From the NCBI GenBank assembly GCA_964389655.1, contig CAYMED010000028.1, positions 1 through 19,089 of the forward strand: a stretch of 19,089 nucleotides of DNA. The letters run 5' to 3'. Below are positions 16,387 through 19,089 of the stretch, piece by piece (within the stretch, counting starts at the first letter, position 1; each line of letters begins with the position of its first letter). The notes below the pieces were generated by a model. The model made no database searches. It saw only the letters and a list, made by a program, of their open reading frames with translations, and was not told where the DNA came from. A program made the position numbers and the translations under genes. The stretch is from an uncultured Candidatus Poseidoniales archaeon. GTDB taxonomy: Archaea; Thermoplasmatota; Poseidoniia; Poseidoniales; CAYMED01.

Positions 16387-19089
16387 ATGAGTGATGAAGA
16401 ATTGCCCCCGAATCCAACCGACAATCAAGTCCGGCATACGGTTGATGATGAGATGCGGACATCGTTCATCAATTATGCCATGTCCGTCATCATTGGACGT
16501 GCGCTGCCAGAAGTTAGAGATGGATTGAAGCCCGTCCACCGTCGTGTTCTCTTCGGAATGCATGAAGCTGGCCACACCTCTGATCGTTCTTACTCCAAAT
16601 CCGCACGTTCTGTTGGAGAGGTCATGGGGAAATTCCATCCTCACGGGGATCAATCAATTTACGACACAATGGTTCGCATGGCTCAGAATTTCAGCCTGAG
16701 ATACCCATTGATCGATGGACAAGGAAATTTTGGAAGTATAGATGGAGACCCACCTGCTGCAATGAGATACACAGAAAGCCGACTAGATCGATTAGCGAAG
16801 CATATGCTTGAAGATATCAAAAAGGGCACAGTAAATTTTCAGCCAAATTTTGATGATTCTGAACAAGAGCCGGAAGTGTTACCCGCTAGATTGCCCAACT
16901 TACTCCTAAACGGCAGTGACGGGATTGCTGTTGGTATGGCAACAAAAATTCCCCCCCATAATCTCCCTGAAGTTGCTTCAGCAATACACCTACATGTCAG
17001 CAGAATCCTTGAAATTGAAGATCAAGACGAAAGGGACCTGGAACAACCGCCAAATATCGATATTGAAGAATATATGCAACATCTCAAAGGACCAGATTTT
17101 CCAACAGGAGCTACAATACATGGCATTGATGGAATTAGGGATATGTATGAAACTGGACATGGAAAATTCCATGTTCGTTCAGAATGTGAAGTGATTGACG
17201 ATCAAGATGGAAAACGAATTGTCGTAACTGAAATCCCGTATCAGGTCAAGAAAGATGGTTTACTGGAAAGAATCGCTGAAAATGTGAGCAAAGAAACAGT
17301 CATTGGGATCCGGGATATTCGAGATGAATCAAGTAAAGAAGGAATTCGCGTAGTCATTGAGGTCAAGCAAAATGCAGACCCATATGCTGTACTCAATCAA
17401 TTGTATCGTTCAAGCCGATTACAAGAGACATACTCTGCAAATATGATGGGAATTATCGATAAAGAACCAGTACAGTTGAGCCTTCCCCTCATATTACACA
17501 CTTACGTGCGACATCGAGAAGATGTCATTCGAAGACGCACGACATTTGATCTAAACAAGGCTGAAGCGCGGGCACATGTCCTTGAGGGCCTAGTCAAAGC
17601 ACAGGCAAGAATTGACGATGTTGTGTCCGCTGGCAAGGGTGCTGAAAGCCGAGAACATTTTGAGAAAATACTGCGGGGAGAAACTGATTTCGGAAAAATT
17701 GCACTATTTGACTTCACTGGATCACAAGCCAAGGCCATTGCCGAACGGCGCCTATACCAGCTCTCAAAAATGGATACGAAGAGAGTGAATGATGAATTTA
17801 CAGAACTTAAAGTAGCGATTGAAGAATTCAACGCCATTCTAGGTAGCCGGCGCCGCCAACTCGAGATATTACTCGATGAATTAGACGAAATGGTTGGAAA
17901 GCATGGTGACGTGCGGCGTACGGGAATTGACCCCATGCCATTGTCAATGGATCGTGAAGACCTCATTGAGGAACGTGCCATTGTGATTACATTCTCAGAA
18001 GACAACTATATTCGCCACTTACCGGTAGAAGCATTTCGTGTGCAGAACCGCGGTGGCAAGGGACTGAAGGGTGTGGCAACAAAGGATGAAGATTTCCCGA
18101 AATCAATCCTGACCTGTTTCAGCAAAGACCGTCTTCTGATCTTCACAAGTCAAGGGCGAGTCTACGGCCTCAAGGCATGGGAAACGCCTCAAGGAAGTCG
18201 CCATAGCCGGGGCAGCCACATCCGCAATATCATTGAACGCCTGCGTGAGGATGAACAGGTCGTGACAATTCTCCCAATCTCCAAGGAACTTCAAGAGAAT
18301 CCAGATGGCCATTACTTGTTGTTCGCAACCCGAAAGGGATTGATCAAGAAGACTACCTTGGCAGAATACGTGCGCATCAACAGGAACGGTAAGTATGCAC
18401 TTCGTTTCAAGATGGATGGTGATGAGCTTGTCAATGTTCGTGTAGCGACAGATGAGCACGATGTCGTGATGATTTCTAGTACAGGTTATGCATCTCGCTT
18501 TTCTTGTGATAGGATACGGGCATCAGGACGAGTTTCAGGTGGGGTGTTCGGAATCAAAACAGGGGATCGGAAGAATGCAGATGGAGGCCATGTTGTTGGC
18601 ATGGTTGCAACAAATGACAACGATACGCAAATCCTGACTGCTAGTCGATATGGCATGGGCAAACGTTCACGATTAGGCTCTGCTGATCGCATTCCAGATC
18701 TTGATAGAACGGGAGTTCAGAAAACCGACAAAGATGGGAATCCAAAATTTGCTACTGATGGTTATCGCCGAACTCATCCAGGAGCTAAGGGAGTGCGCAC
18801 GATGCGACTCAATGAGGAAATTAACGACGAGATAGTCTGTGTGCACACCATTCCTAACCTCGGTGATCAACTGTTCCTATTGACTGGAAAAGGAATGATG
18901 ATCCGAGTACGAACTGATCAGACCAAGGAAACATCAGGCAAGGCAACCAAGGGTACGCGTGTAATGGAATTGCGTGATAAGGACAAAGACGGGTTCCTTG
19001 ATGAAATCATCTTCTCAGCACGGTTACCTGCCGAACTACTCGAAGATGAGATTTATTCCCCTGAACATGTGCATGGAGAAGAGGAATAG
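16387..19089 (+). CDS. gyrA: DNA gyrase subunit A (complete; stop TAG is the last codon of the window)
   Basis: RDGLKPVHRRVL, GKFHPHGDQSIYDTMVRMAQNFSLRYPL, active-site Tyr in AAMRYTESRL, LLNGSDGIAVGMATKIPPHN, GyrA-box QNRGGKG (18043-18063) identifying gyrase rather than topo IV, beta-pinwheel C-terminal repeats, and an acidic tail. It lies 6 nt downstream of gyrB. Confidence 0.97.
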   Translation: MSDEELPPNPTDNQVRHTVDDEMRTSFINYAMSVIIGRALPEVRDGLKPVHRRVLFGMHEAGHTSDRSYSKSARSVGEVMGKFHPHGDQSIYDTMVRMAQNFSLRYPLIDGQGNFGSIDGDPPAAMRYTESRLDRLAKHMLEDIKKGTVNFQPNFDDSEQEPEVLPARLPNLLLNGSDGIAVGMATKIPPHNLPEVASAIHLHVSRILEIEDQDERDLEQPPNIDIEEYMQHLKGPDFPTGATIHGIDGIRDMYETGHGKFHVRSECEVIDDQDGKRIVVTEIPYQVKKDGLLERIAENVSKETVIGIRDIRDESSKEGIRVVIEVKQNADPYAVLNQLYRSSRLQETYSANMMGIIDKEPVQLSLPLILHTYVRHREDVIRRRTTFDLNKAEARAHVLEGLVKAQARIDDVVSAGKGAESREHFEKILRGETDFGKIALFDFTGSQAKAIAERRLYQLSKMDTKRVNDEFTELKVAIEEFNAILGSRRRQLEILLDELDEMVGKHGDVRRTGIDPMPLSMDREDLIEERAIVITFSEDNYIRHLPVEAFRVQNRGGKGLKGVATKDEDFPKSILTCFSKDRLLIFTSQGRVYGLKAWETPQGSRHSRGSHIRNIIERLREDEQVVTILPISKELQENPDGHYLLFATRKGLIKKTTLAEYVRINRNGKYALRFKMDGDELVNVRVATDEHDVVMISSTGYASRFSCDRIRASGRVSGGVFGIKTGDRKNADGGHVVGMVATNDNDTQILTASRYGMGKRSRLGSADRIPDLDRTGVQKTDKDGNPKFATDGYRRTHPGAKGVRTMRLNEEINDEIVCVHTIPNLGDQLFLLTGKGMMIRVRTDQTKETSGKATKGTRVMELRDKDKDGFLDEIIFSARLPAELLEDEIYSPEHVHGEEE

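Noticed and set aside
17502-18005. 167-aa minus-strand ORF inside gyrA; similar antisense ORFs at 625-972, 1502-1828, 7058-7438, 12372-12746, 15288-15641, 15469-15723 and 16300-16653
   Set aside because: All lie antisense to or overlapping genes with strong family motifs. Their translations are S/R/A/P-rich low-complexity sequence typical of the antisense frame, with no motifs or start-site signals.

Overview
The window is a tightly packed, apparently chromosomal stretch with 14 protein-coding genes. Gaps are often 0-10 nt and there are two ATGA stop/start overlaps. I saw no rRNA, tRNA, CRISPR array, transposase, integrase or recognisable defence genes. The gene content suggests a streamlined marine euryarchaeon, possibly Marine Group II/Poseidoniales-like; this is inference only. 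The supporting clues are a PGF-CTERM sorting signal at the left edge, A/T boxes about 27 nt upstream of several start codons, GGTGA-type Shine-Dalgarno motifs before other genes, a gyrB-gyrA pair, and large PKD-rich surface proteins. Gene order from left to right: the 3' end of a TSP3-repeat/PGF-CTERM surface protein; a CDF metal exporter; a class-I aminotransferase; BioY; an aldo/keto reductase (-); a DUF2085-like membrane protein; a thymidylate kinase with a long unexplained C-terminal extension (-); a polytopic membrane protein (-); a small secreted/anchored protein (-); a 1451-aa surface-anchored HExxH metallopeptidase with six PKD-like domains; a translationally coupled 321-aa anchored protein; a degenerate AroD-like protein (-); gyrB; gyrA. 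I found no convincing new multi-gene system. The best second-look items are the Tmk fusion, the AroD-fold protein that lacks its Schiff-base lysine, and the divergent surface-protein cluster at 6646-13359 (metallopeptidase plus coupled partner sharing an anchor motif and carrying a C10 tract). All family assignments come from motifs read by eye, with no searches run.
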